A DNA stretch of 64,000 nucleotides from Blastocladiella emersonii ATCC 22665 (GCA_025594325.1 JANHCV010000012.1:558001-622000), one strand, 5' to 3'; shown: positions 32,641 through 44,961, numbered from the stretch's first letter. A program made the numbers and translations. The notes: generated from the letters alone by a model not told the origin.

Positions 32641-34989
32641 GCCGATGATGATTCACTCGAACATGGACGCACGGTTCCTCACGTCTTTCGGCACGTCCAT
32701 CGTCGCGTTCTACGCGACCAAGTACTCGACCAAGGCGCGCGACATCATCGAGAACCACGCCGCCATCATCGCCGCGTACAAGGCGCGGCACCCGCGCTTC
32801 GCCTCCGAGCCCGACGCCTTCTCGCGCGGGCACAAGAAGCTCCTCTCGCTCGCGTACCACATGTCGGCGAACTGCATGGAGGTCCCCGAGACCATGGCCG
32901 CCCTGTTCCTGCACACGTCGGCCGCGGGCATCTTCTCGCACAAGTTTGCGCCGCTGCTGCTCTACCAGGGCATCAAGTGGGTCGAGCTCGCGGGCATCGC
33001 TGCCGGCGAGGCGACCAACGAGGACGTCAAGTGCATCGCGTCGCTCATCAACGTCGACGGCAAGCCCATGCTGAACGTCGCGCTCCACGACTACATCTTC
33101 CGGCCCGCCGAACTCGAGCGGCTGTCGTGGTATGACTTTGTCCGCACGTGGTCGCGCGTCGCCATGCCCAAGAAGATGCGCCAGGTCCTGACCGACGGCG
33201 GCCGTGTGGAACCCGCTCAACCAGACCTCGAACCCGACGCCGAGATCCCGCCCGGCACGAAGCTCTGCTTCATGGCCGACCATCCGCTCGCCAAGACGTT
33301 CGAGCTGCGCAAGAAGGTCGTCGAGGCCGTGCCCAAAATTGATGGTCCGCACCTCCCCGACCCGCGCAAGTTTGCCGACGTCGCTGGGTCCGAGGAAAAG
33401 TACTGCCGCATGGCGCTACTGCTTCTCCAGCACTTCCGCGTCTCGAGCGACATCCTCGACGCTCCGCGATCGGCAAGTTCAAGGCGTTTAAGGAGACGCT
33501 CGAACCTGGCCACCCCGCGCTCGACCATCTCGAGTACGCGCAGAAGTACTACTTCAGCCTTGACGGCGCTCGCGAGTTCCGCGAGCTTCGCGATCGCGAG
33601 AACGCCGAGCTCGCGGCGCAGCTGTCGCTCGAGGAGAAGGGGGAGCTCTACGTTCCCGACCGCGATGGCGAAACCAGCTCGCGCAACCAGCCGACTACCG
33701 ATGACGGCTCTGTAGACGCTTCGTGGACCACGTTCGGTCAGTCGGAGAACGACATTGTTCTCGACCCGACTATTGTCAACTCGGACGTGGAGGGCATCCT
33801 GGCCGACTACGGCGAAACCGAGGCGAACCTCGAGCGCATCGAGAGCGTGACCTCTACGCTGATCCCTGGAATGGGCCACGGCATGATGGGCACCCTGCTC
33901 TTCCCCGACGTGCAGCCGTTCGATGTCAACGCCGCGCCGCCGCCGCCGTACCTCGAGACACCCATCTCGCCGACTGACGTCAAGAAAATCATGGCTCAAC
34001 TATGCGCTGCCGCGGCTCAAGGTCATCCGACCGCGGATGTCGGCGGCTCGCAGCAGCAAACCCGAACCGCATCGTGTTCCAGATCAAGGGCAACATCACG
34101 CGCCCGCGTGATAGGCGCCGCACGCGTGAACGCGTCGCCATCTGCGACAAGGACGTGTTCCGCCTCGGAGGAGAGCCAGAAACCACGACTGAACTGCCGG
34201 CCATCCTCGAGCTCTTCGTCGGAATGGAGATGCGCGTCAAGACCAACCAGTGCGTAGCAAAGGGATGCGCGAACGGTGCGGTTGGCGTCGTGCACCACAT
34301 CGACTGGAAGCCCGACACCACGTTCACGCGAACCGCGTCCAACATGTACCGGCCATCCTGCGCTCCACTCAACGTGTGGAATCGACCTGCCCGACGCTCC
34401 TCGTGGCCCTCGCTTCCCGGGCATGCCGGCCGCGTGGCCTGACACGGTCATCCCGCTTGCCGTGGAGAAGAAGGACTTCCTGTACATGGCGGGCGGTTCC
34501 ACGTCGCGAGAGCGGGTCGTCAGCACAACGGGGGATTCGCTCCCGCTCTGTGTCAACAACACCAAAACCAACAGGAGCAAGTATCCTAATCATGTCGTCG
34601 CGCACATCGAGCAGTACCCAATGGTGCCAGCCTTCGCCATGACGGTCCACGGGGTTCAAGGCGTGACCAAGCACGTCATCGCCCTGGCAGATCCGCGTCC
34701 CGCGGGCATGGAGCGTCTCATCAGCGGCGCTTCCCTGTACGTGGCGTTATCGCGGCTTCGTCGCTCAAAGTACCTGCGGGTGCTTCAGCCGATCCCAAGA
34801 GCCGTGCTCAAGTCCATGAAGCCGGATCCACTCGCAGTGGCCGAGGACAAGCGGCTCCAGATGCTCGACGAGCTGACCAAGACCGCTTTCAATCAAGGTA
34901 CAGCCATCGCGCCAGGCGACCCGCGCATCGCTAAACTCTTCGACGACGCCCGATTCTCTTCTCGCGCCAGCACGCGGGTGAGAAGCTAG
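32630..34989 (+). pseudogene. Helitron RepHel remnant (post-Rep region plus C-terminus of a PIF1-like helicase)
   Basis: HSNMDARF...FYATKYSTK, RPAELERLSWYDF, FMADHPL, EKYCRMALLL, then MEMRVKTNQCVAKGCANGAVGVV, QYPMVPAFAMTVHGVQGVT, LYVALSRLR. HUH Rep core and helicase motifs I-IV are missing; several frameshifts. Confidence 0.88.
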
Positions 34990-35329
34990 TCGCCAAGCGC
35001 GCGTCCGATGCTCTCAACGCAAGGTTTCGGCGATTGGCCAAGAAACGTGCTGGAGGCGAGGACGGCTCACAGAACGCCAAGAAACAGAAAACACAGTAGA
35101 GTATTAACGTAGTGTATTCCATCATCTAATCCATCAATAGCACGATTTCCATAGCTCGATCACCTAAATCTCCTGTGCGGGACGCACGCGACAGCACCTC
35201 CACCAGTCGTGCACCATACGTGGCGGGGGCTTTAGCCCTCGATTGAAAACCAAATGCGAAGCGTTTAGGTGCCTCAAGTATAATACATTCGCTGCAGGTA
35301 TTGAAACGCGTGCGACAGCTTCGAAAGGG

Positions 35330-35367
35330 ACGCGTTGCGCCACACGAGGCGTGACAGGCTGATCACG
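35330..35367 (+). promoter_or_regulatory. Recurrent motif ACGCGTTGCGCCAC...GTGACAGGCTGATCACG
   Basis: Perfect copy about 115 bp upstream of paralog 5 and 45 bp after the Helitron end. Confidence 0.55.
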
Positions 35368-35458
35368 CTACGTGTTCATCGGCGGCGCCACACGCTTCGC
35401 TCGCTCATTCGCCGCGAGCGGATCCCGCTCCCTCGTCACCTCTCGATGCACCAAAACT

Positions 35459-36914
35459 ATGAATCCAATGGATAAGCGACTTGCTGCACTGCCTGATTTG
35501 GTTCTCGAACGCATCCTCTGCGCGGCCGTGGCGCTTTCACGGCCCGGTGACCTCCAGCAGATGCGCCAATACTCGCGCGTTTTGCCGCGTGCGCGTGTTC
35601 CGGGTGTTCGCCGAGCCATTGAGCAACGCATGCTTTTTATTTCCATGGACGAGGCGAGCTTTGAAGGCCAGCTCCACATTCTCGATGCGTGGCTCCACTC
35701 GGGTCAACCGCTTGAATACTCTGAGGATGCGTTCACTGCTGATACGCCATACGAGTCACTCGACTGGTGGCGCCGTTCTGGCCTTCCGCTTCCCGAATGC
35801 CTTGTTCCCGACGTCGTGCAGGTGCACTTTAATGGGCCGTGTGCTTATGTGCACGAGATCGAAGGTCGGCCAGTTGAGGAGGTGCTGAGTGTACGTCCAC
35901 CATCGCATGCGGTTGGACTCTCTGATCTCTCATACCCCACCTTGGTAGTCTCTGGAACGCCGGGCTGACCCTCCCGGCGACGCACGCATCCAACAAATGC
36001 TACCAGCAATCGTTAGCGGTGCTCGAACCTACGTCTGCGTTGTGCGGGAGCGCGTCACCGAGGTCGGCGCCGCCGCGCTCGCTCAGGCCATGGCCAGCGG
36101 ACAAATCAAATACGTCGAGTATCGCTGCTGCGATATCACCTTTCCTGTGTTTCGAGCTCTCCAGCTGCCAGAAACCGTCAAGACGCTCATTTTGAACAAT
36201 AACTGGCTTGGTTTTGGTGCCGGCTCCGAGCTATTTCCGCTGCCGCCGCTGCTCGAGATGCTCGACGTCAAGTACTGCCGGTTGGATCGCGCTCCCGCCG
36301 TCGAATGTCTTGCTCGAGGCTTGCCCGCCTCGCTCACCACGCTTCAACTAAACGGTGCATGTCTTCGTGGTCGCGGTGCGCAAGCCTTGGCGGAGAATAT
36401 TCCGCAGGGCCTCACCGAACTGTCCTTGAGAATGTGCCAGCTCGACTCAACCGACTTGAAGTTCCTCGTGGCGCGCTTTACCGATAGCCTGCGGGTGCTC
36501 GATATGTCGTCCAACTTTATTACTGACGAGGGCATCACAGCCTTGGCTCGTCGCCTTCCCCCGAACCTCGTCTCCCTGTGCTTCTCAAACAATCGGCTCG
36601 GTACTGAGAACACGGGGATCATCGAGTTGGCGAGCGCTTTACCCGACTCACTCGAAAAGCTCGAAATGTCGTCAGTCAAGCTTCGCGACGCTGGGTTTGC
36701 CGCCATTATGGCCCACTTACCAGCTCGGATAGAAACTCTTGAGATGCGCTGTTCCTCGCTCAGTCGTGCGTGCCTTGTCGCATCGTTCAAGGAGCTTCCT
36801 CAAAAGCGTCTCGTGCTCGTGATGCGCCCCATCTACGAAGTCGGGGCGAACCGGCGTCTCGACCTCGTTGTTGCTTCCCGGAACCTACTCCCCTCTGAGG
36901 TTTTCTTTTTCTAA
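35459..36914 (+). CDS. F-box-like/ankyrin-like + RNI-type LRR protein, paralog 5
   Basis: Exons 35459-35890 and 35949-36914 join in frame across a phase-0 intron. LPDLVLERIL...DWWRRSGLPLP, then LRRs such as LRVLDMSSNFITDEGI. Confidence 0.9.
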
Positions 36915-37315
36915 TCAAGGACGGCTCATCAAGAATCGCATTTGTCATCGTTGTGTTATCGCATCTGTGTTGAATGCGCTGCATCGTAGTCGCGCTCACA
37001 AGAGTGTAATCTCCCGCCATTTCTGATCCTTTCGTGCGATAAATATCATTCTCCCATTCGGCGAAAGGAATGTCAGGGCAGCGCGAGGAAAGCCCGATTT
37101 GATGGCGACGCTGATGGCCGGGAACGATTCACTCACGTCGAGCGTGCGCTTGATCGCCGCGAGGACCACGGCCAGCGGTACCAACTGCAGGTGGAACGAC
37201 TGCGAGCATCGGCGTACTGGTGCGGGCACGCGCAACGATAATGTACCTTATTCTCCTCAACTCGATATCGAAGATGGCGTTGCTTCAGAATACAACCGAA
37301 GTTCTCGATGTATAT

Positions 37316-39215
37316 TTACTTCGTACGCCGCTTCTTTTGAGCTGTTGCGGTGACACTCGTCGCGCTCTGCTTCTTTTGAGCTGGAGCGGCAACACTCGTC
37401 GCGCTCTGCTTCTTTTGAGCTGGAGCGGCAACACTCGTCGCGCTCCGCTTGGTTTTGGGCATCTGTGGATCACGCTCGGTGGAGGGCATCTGGAATTGAA
37501 GCATCCTCCACTTGACCTCCTCGGCCACCTTATCCGCCGCAAACTGCTGCATACAATTGAGCGTCACGAGCAGCCTGCGAAGAATGGACAGGCACAGCGG
37601 CCCGGCCAGGACCTTGAGCATCACCCGAAGCTCCACAGCGACCTGCTTCGCAAGAACTGTGTCACCGGGAGCACCTGGAGCCGACGCGGCCTTGATCTTC
37701 CCTCGAAGCAGTCGCAAAACGCGCCCAATTAAGGTCGCGGTGTTGTCGCCAGCTCGCAGAGGTTCAAAGCGTTCCAAGAGCGACGCACTGTGAAGGACGT
37801 CAAAGATGCGTCGGCCAAGCGAGTTGAGGCGAGGACAGTCCCTATCCTGATGCGGGCAGATTTGCGAACCCGATGCAAAATCTGGTCGTTCGGAAAAGAG
37901 CTTGCTGCAGTACAGGCAGCTGAGTTGAAGGTTGCGTGCAGGTGAAAGATTGTTAGGATTGTCAAGCACGGGAGCGGGTTTTCTGCTCGTTGATGCTGGG
38001 ATTTGAGGCGGCGGAAGCTCGAACGCCGAACGCAAGACATCATCAAGCGAGCAGGTGGTGTCTTCGATCTGATCAAGTAGCGCGGCGCGGTCAACCCAGA
38101 TGAGCTGATCGAGAACAAGAGACTTGATGTGCGGAAGAAACATTCGACCCGGATCGGCGTTGCCACCTGCTTCAAGCACGATTTCGCGCGCGGAGGCCAG
38201 AATTTGTTGTTGCTTGCGCGGACAACGGACCGGGTTACGGAACCGAAACTGGAATCCACTTCGCGCACCACGCTGGCTGGGGTTTACGAAACAATGAAAT
38301 CGTATTGAACCACACGTCGTGGTCCGCCATGGTGGGAGAAAGCGCGATCGCAAACAGTCGGTAGATGTGTGGCGAAATATACCGGTCTGAGTCGAGGAGG
38401 GCCTTGGTGAAGCGGCCCTCCGGCATGTTTGAGGCCCCCAGTCCCAACAAGATGTGGGCCATGGGAGAAGCGATCGCGTCGAGGTCGCTTGGATGGCGAT
38501 CGGCGAAAGTAAATCCATTTTTGCGCAAGATTGGCTCGGGGTCAAAGAAAAGCGAGACGTGAGCTGCGGGCGCTGGAGAGCCCGGAATAGATCGAGGCGC
38601 ACTAGCTTCGGCGTGAGGGTCAGTTGGAGGTGTGAGCTCGCGGGAAGTTTCGGGCGTTGGTGTGGGGGCCGAAGCGGTGGGATCTGGGATTTCGGCCAAA
38701 GAGGAAGCGTCCTGAGTCGAGGGCTGAGTAATGCAAGTGGTTTCGAGCTCTACGCCAAGAGCAGGAGGCGACGATCGCGAAAGACTCGAATCAACGACAA
38801 GCGTGTCTGCGGCGACCGCGGCGCGCGCGACATCCTCGTCGAGTTTGCCTAGCGGTGCCGCCTGCGAGTTCACCTCCGGCACAATCTCAGCAGCAACTGA
38901 GGTCAGAATGTCGGAGACGACCGTCTCGTTGACGAGAGTCGTTTGTGCAACGATGCGAGCGTGATCAGCTTTGGCTTGCTGGAGTGCAATTGAAGCCTCG
39001 GCGATTGAGCAAGCGTATGTATGCGCATGAGGGCCAGCAAACCGTGGAAGAAGACCAGAGCGAATAAGCGTCAAACGACGAGTCATGAGATGCATGAGAG
39101 CATTTTGCTCCAGAGCGGCCGTGTCGTCCTGGAGGTCGCGATCCGTCTGCTCGCTGGAAGAAGATGATTGGGCTTCGTCTGACATATTGCAAGAAGTTGT
39201 AAGTCTCGATTCCAT
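37316..39215 (-). CDS. Hypothetical protein, probably frameshifted near 38240-38270
   Basis: Two long overlapping ORFs (326 aa and 428 aa). Contains CxxC (CLYC) plus CPH...C and Lys-rich C-terminal repeats. Confidence 0.5.
37331..37447. repeat. 39-bp tandem repeat x3 (coding, SATSVAAPAQKKQ)
   Basis: cttcttttgagctggagcggcaacactcgtcgcgctctg repeated three times head-to-tail with no spacers. Confidence 0.9.
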
Positions 39216-39332
39216 GGTACTAGCTGGGGCTTGGGTTCGGAAGGGCCCGCCGCCGGGTCAACCAAACAACGAGCGACCGCCACGCCGGCCTGTGGCGCTG
39301 CCTGTGGCGCTCAAAATGTGATGTCTCGCGGT

Positions 39333-39346
39333 GTGGCGTAACGCGT
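39333..39346 (-). promoter_or_regulatory. Recurrent motif variant ACGCGTTACGCCAC
   Basis: One-mismatch copy about 120 bp upstream of the minus-strand ORF starting at 39215. Confidence 0.5.
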
Positions 39347-40238
39347 CAAAGAGTGCGATACCTCACCAGCGCCACGACATGAAGAGAAACGAATGTAGAC
39401 TCAAGGAAACCAAACATAAGCCTCACCACAGTGTCCCGCACGTTGGGGGCGATGCGAGCTGCGAGATGGTCGCCACGTACCCCCGTCCCTGGGACCGCTC
39501 TAGGCATGAACCTCGCCCGTCCGCGTACCTACGCCACATTCTTTTTGCAGTTCACTGCGGCGGTCATAAGTCGAATTGACCCAACCACGTCCACCTCTAG
39601 CTTGCTCAACGCGCTTCACTCAATGCCCTTGGCTGCCGACCTCGCCTTGGGCGACTACATGTGCACCCGGGCGAGGCAGATAAAGCAACACGTGTAAACG
39701 AACCCTTTGAGAAGTAAATTGCTACGAGGTACCCTTCGCGCGCGCGGCGGGCGGGTGGTGGTGATCACGGCGGCGCTGATCTTGACCCGTGATGCGCAGG
39801 CGTGGATGAAAGTGTGCTGCTTTCAGTCGCTCGCTGAATGTTATCGGCGACGCAAACAAGAAAGCAGTGGATCACCGTGAGCTCGATTACTGTGAGGTCG
39901 TGCCCAGTTTCCACAGGCGGTCCATCGCTGACGAATCCTATGACACCTGCGGAAACTTAGCGGAGTCGTCAACGGTCAACGTGCGCATCACGACTGCAAC
40001 CATGTCGACGGAACGCGAGAACACGTTGCAGATCCGGTCGTGAATAATTACGAACATCCGTTGGCGGTGAACGAGGAAGCAGCGGTGCGACTCGCCCACG
40101 TGGGCCGTTGCGGTGCGGTCACCAGCCAAACGCGTTCGCTCGCTCGCATGAGCGCTGTCCAACACGCGTCCGCGTTGTCGGTCTCACCCTCGCTCCCCCA
40201 GAGGCGATACCCCGCAGGCCCACTGCCCATGTAACTCA

Positions 40239-42553
40239 GTGCATCGGACTTCTATCATGCTTGGCACCTCCCCCATGCCGCCGGTGCTTGCCGGCTTGCC
40301 CCTCGAGACAGTCGCCAGCTTGGCCAAACCACGCAGCTGCATCGCTGCCGCCGCGCGCGACCTCCACGATCTCGTTCGCGGCAAGTTTGTGCACTCGATG
40401 TGGCTGTACGCATGCATCAACCCGACCTGCACCCCGGCCACCAGCGACGACATCTTGCACGCTCTCGAACTGATTGACTTTGGGACCAAGTCTTCGAAAG
40501 GCTCGTCTGCCATCTGCAAGACGCGCTCGTCGGGCCATGGAAGCTCTCAGCCTCCCCGAAACGGCTTGATCCGCTTTGTCCAAGCCCTTTTCCCAGGGAA
40601 CTTGCGCTGCATGGACCTCAGCTGCCATGCATGCTTTGGAGATGACTCCCATCACGCTCTCCGTCATCCGTTCTCTCCCGAAGTCATCAAAGCATCATTT
40701 GGTCACCTGCACGTGCTCGAGTCAATCAAGCTCGACCCGATCCCTGCTGGTCCGTTGCGGCTGCGCAGCTTTCCCGAGGTCTTCATCCTGACGCTATTCT
40801 TCATTCAAGCCCATGACCTGAATGCACTTGAGCTTTCGCTTGCTTGTCTGAAGCCGCTTCTTCCCGTGCTCGACCAAAACGGCGTGAACTCACGCGAACT
40901 CCTCTCGCTCTGGCTGACGGATCATCCCGACACTTTTCTCTTGATTCACGGGTTGCGACGCAGTCCCGAAGTCGCGGGCCAGTTCTCGTCGCCTATTTTC
41001 GCGCTTGTGCTTGCCGCGGCTGCCGCTTGGAACCTGCCCGCTCTCGAGCTCCTGATCAAGTATGATACCGCAGTTTCGTCGGCCGCCGTCATCGACTTTC
41101 TCTCGCTCCCGCTGGTCGAAAAGACGCTCGCATCGACGATGGCCGGCCGCCTTAACGCTACTGCAACGGTGCTTCCCACGATCGCTTGGCTTACAAAGAG
41201 CGGCTGGAAGCCGACGCGTCACGGTATCGGAGATCGCTGGCATTGCCACACCTGCATCGAACAGGGTGCCGTGTTCCAGCTCGCGCTTTTCGAAACGTAC
41301 GACTTGCCGAACATTACTTCGCCTTCCGCACTGGACCGCCGCACCGTGGCGACGGCCCTTGCCGTCATGGTCCATTCGGGGGACCCGACCCAGGTCTCGA
41401 AGTTTGCGAAACTTGGCTTCATCGACGCCACGGGACTTGCCGCGCTGTACATTGCAGCGCCAAACACGGCCGTGCTTGAACAGGTCCACGCCTTCGCGAC
41501 CACGTTCATGGACGTAACCCAAGTTCAGCAGTCGTTTATGCTCGGTATGGCGGGGGCTTGGTTTGATCCCGTTTATTCCCTTGTGCTTTCTAACGCTTCA
41601 TTCGCGGACTTGTAGCAATCGCTTCGAGTGCCAGGCTCTCTTTGGACACGCTTCTTTTCGTGTGCTCGCAGTTCGATCACCTCAACATTTCGGTCCAGCG
41701 CGCTGTCGTGGACGCTTTCCCATATCTGACTGAGTCCGACGCGGCACTCGTAAATCTTGTCAACGCAGCGGCTGCGGACAGTCCTCCGTTTGACCTGGTC
41801 GCCGCGTGGGCTTCCCATGTGGATCGCACTGCGGGTGTCTCGGCGCAAGCTGGTCGACTTGCCACAGCATTTATGGCGTCGCTCGATGGTCCTCGCCCCA
41901 TCTGCTCGGCGGAGCACTTTACTTCCACGATTCTTCGCGACTCGCCCACCGGCCCCACCGGGCGCCAACGCGCTGGTCAGCTCGCTATCCACATGGTGCG
42001 GGCGGCCTTGGATCCCTCGAGCTTCCCCAAGCTTGATCTCACCGCGGCAAAGAATCCGGATACAGAGCTGGTCATCGTGTCTGTGCCTCGCCTTGTGGGT
42101 CTACGCGGCAACACTCGCGACGCGGACGCCGCGAGCGCTCTGGATACTTTTCTGCGCCTGTTTCCCGGCCTTTTCTCGACTGCGTCGGGTGCGCCCGAAT
42201 TTTCCAAGTTCGTCAAACGAACCTTTACGCGCGACCTGATTGGCAGCGCGTCGAACCGGTCGCAGTCGAACAGCTACCGCGTCAAGCGAGCTTTCGGGTC
42301 GCTTGCGCGCTACGACGTCGAGTTTATGGCCCGCGTTGTCTCGTGGTCGCAGCACACACCCAACTGGGTCTGGCGCGTGTTTGGATCGACGGCGGGCGGG
42401 CCAGAGGCGCTGGCGCAGGTCGTGCCGGCTAGTGTTTGCGATCAGGCCGCGTTCAAGCGCTACGAGCGCGGGGACCGCCCAGGCGCGAAGGCGGTGCTGC
42501 ACGCTGCGCCACACTCGAGCACCGAGCTTATGGAGATCATGGCGCGTTGGTGA
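40239..42553 (+). CDS. Hypothetical ~750-aa, predominantly helical-looking protein
   Basis: ORFs 40239-41544 and 41616-42553 join in frame via an intron GTATGG...CTAAC...TAG (41545-41615). No recognised domain. Confidence 0.7.
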
Positions 42554-42751
42554 GTTGTGTCTTGTTCATATATCCCTTAATTTATTGAATCGAAGCGCCC
42601 GAGTTCCTTGTGTGATCGCCCATCTGCTGCAGCGAGCCGTGTTCGCGTGCGAAGTCGTCGCACAATAACGCGGGTCAAGCTCACGTCGATGAAACCTACC
42701 AACCAAGTTTCCTCGTCGCTCCGCCAGGGCGAAACTAAGCTCTCCAGAGCG

Positions 42752-42792
42752 ACGCGTTGCGCCACAGACGGGGTGTGACAGGCAGATCACGC
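42752..42792 (+). promoter_or_regulatory. Recurrent motif ACGCGTTGCGCCAC...GTGACAGGCAGATCACG
   Basis: Perfect copy, but no same-strand ORF downstream. Confidence 0.4.
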
Positions 42793-42878
42793 CACACGTA
42801 TAATTATCCATGGAGACGGTTGTTCCCCTCTTCCTTTGCTGAGCCACTTCGCTAACCCATATGCGATCCTATATTGTC

Positions 42879-44961
42879 CTAGCACCGCGCCATACGCGGC
42901 CACACCGCCGCGACGACGGGCGCGTACAGCCCCCAGAACAGCGCAGGCCCCATCATCCCGACCACGCCGTGCACGGCGTTCACCGCGACGCCGATGGCCG
43001 GGAACGTGTCACTGCCAAGCGTGAGCGCGACACTGGGGAGGACCGCGACGAGCGTCGCCGGGTGCATGAGCAGTGCAATCGCTAGTGCCGGACTGCCGCT
43101 GCGCGCATGCGCAATGGCGAGCCACGGAAGCGCGAGCGCGGTGACGGCGACGAGGGCGCGCGCGTAGTGGATTGTGGACACAGCGAGGAGGGTCAGGGCG
43201 GTCGTGGTCAGGGCGAAGCACGCGAGGAGGTGGCGGTGGGTCGCGGTTGTGGGTTTGGGCGATGCGACGGCGACAAGGGTCGCGAGGACGGTCATGGCGA
43301 CGCGGTGCTCGGTCGACGACTACACACACCGTTCGCGGGTTAGAGGCGGAGCGGGATCAGGTCGGTGTGAGATACCGCGTACCGTGAATAGAACCGTCGC
43401 ACCACCCCACGCGAACGCCGCGACGAGCGTGGCGAGCGGCGCAGCGACGGGCCGCTCGTTGGCGGTGTGGTCGTGCGGGACGGGCGCGTGGGCGTCGCCC
43501 GTCTCGAGCCAGATGCCGAGTGCGGCGACGAGGAGCGAGACGTTGAGCAGGATCGCGGCGGGGATGTAGACCATGATCGACGCAAAGTGCTCGGCGGACG
43601 AGAGAAGGTAGAAGAAAAAGGACTGGTGGAATTTTTCCAGCAAGTTGTTGAGCGAGCGGAACGTCGACTCGAGTACGCTAAACACGGCGGGTGGTGAGCG
43701 TGTCTCTCCACCATCGCGATGTGAAGCGAGCAAAGCGTACGTAGCGAGCGTGTTGATCGACGTGAGATGCGGCGTACTCACATCCTCAAGCCCGCGCAGC
43801 GTGATGGCATCGATGCCGTACGATTTGAACGCGGCGTGCGGGCCCGAGGGCTGCGCGCGCGCCTGGTCGCCGATGGCGTGCAGGAGCCGCAGCAGCGCGG
43901 CCTCGTAGTCGTTGGCGTCGTCGCGGGACCCGAGGTCGCCGTCGCCGTGCAACGAGACGTGGACGCTGTTGGCGGTGGCAATGCGGTGGACCGTGTTGAT
44001 CAGGTCGAGGTTGGGCTGCTGGCCGAGATACCCGTCTGCATACGACGCACGACTCGGGATCAGAAAGGATCGGCGAGGGTGGAGTGAGCGAGGCGCACGT
44101 ACCGTACTCGATGCCGAGCGACTTGAAGTAGAAGACGGGGAACTCGAGGTGCAGCGCGGCCTGGATGCTGCCGGCGCGCGCGAACGCGACGCCCTGCTGC
44201 GGCGTGTGGTAGGCGTCGACCCAGCCCTCGAGGCTCTCGACGTTGTCGCCGACGACAAGGACCACGTCCTTGGCCCAGTACGAGAAGCCTGTTCAACCGA
44301 ATGTGTGAGCTCGAATCGGACTGCGCACGCGAGAACAAGATCGTACGTTTCCAGAATTTGGCGAGCGAAAGCGTCGACAGCACGCCGTAGACGTTGGCTG
44401 ACTTGAGCCGCTCGTTGGCCCACGCGGAGGTTAGGACGAGCGATTCGGACCCGTCGGCGCGTGGTGCGCGGAGGACGGCGTACACGTTCTCGCAGACGCC
44501 AGTGGAGCACGCGAATGCGTGGCGGTGCGTCTCAAGGCCCATGGAGAGGAACTGGTCCTCGATCCAGGCGGTCCTACGAGGAGTCCAAGTCAGTCTCCTG
44601 GAGCAAGCGCCGCGAAAGGGCGAGGAGATGGTACCGGTTCTCGGGCGTCAGCGCCTTGAGCGTCGCCTCGTGCTGGTAGACATACTGGTAGTCGTCGTAG
44701 CCGTACTTGGTGTTCACCTGTGCGGGCAGCAGGGCGTTCTCCGAGAGGTAGGTCCTCCGGCGTAGTTCTGCGGTTGGAAGCGCGAGGAAAGCAACGATAG
44801 CGGCGATAGCAAACAGGTAGCTACGAAGTTATCCCGCAAGTCAGCTAATGGGTCCCCCAGTAGCCGATGCGCTCGAGCGGGACTGACCTCAGGGCCCGCG
44901 CCACCTGGCGGAACTTGGCCAAGACTTTCTGCCGGCGTAGCAGCCGCGACACGTCTTTCAT
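42879..44961 (-). CDS. GAA1: GPI transamidase subunit Gaa1
   Basis: ENALL..Q, NVYAVLRAPRADGSESLVL, FWAKD, GSIQAAL, GYLGQQPNLDLINT, LESTFRSLNNLLEKFHQSFFFYLL, C-terminal TM helices. Multiple introns. Confidence 0.93.

Larger units (their letters stand above)
31206..35284 (+). mobile_element. Helitron2-like element, internally deleted
   Basis: 5' AATCGAGGGCTAAAGCCCTC, exact inverted copy GGGCTTTAGCCCTCGATT at 35227-35244, 3' hairpin AAATGC-GAA-GCGTTT at 35252-35266. Contains RepHel remnants. Confidence 0.85.

Noticed and set aside
37331-37447. Three 39-bp direct repeats resembling a mini CRISPR array
   Set aside because: The repeats are contiguous with no spacers, are a multiple of 3 long and encode an in-frame peptide repeat. 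The locus is eukaryotic with no cas genes.
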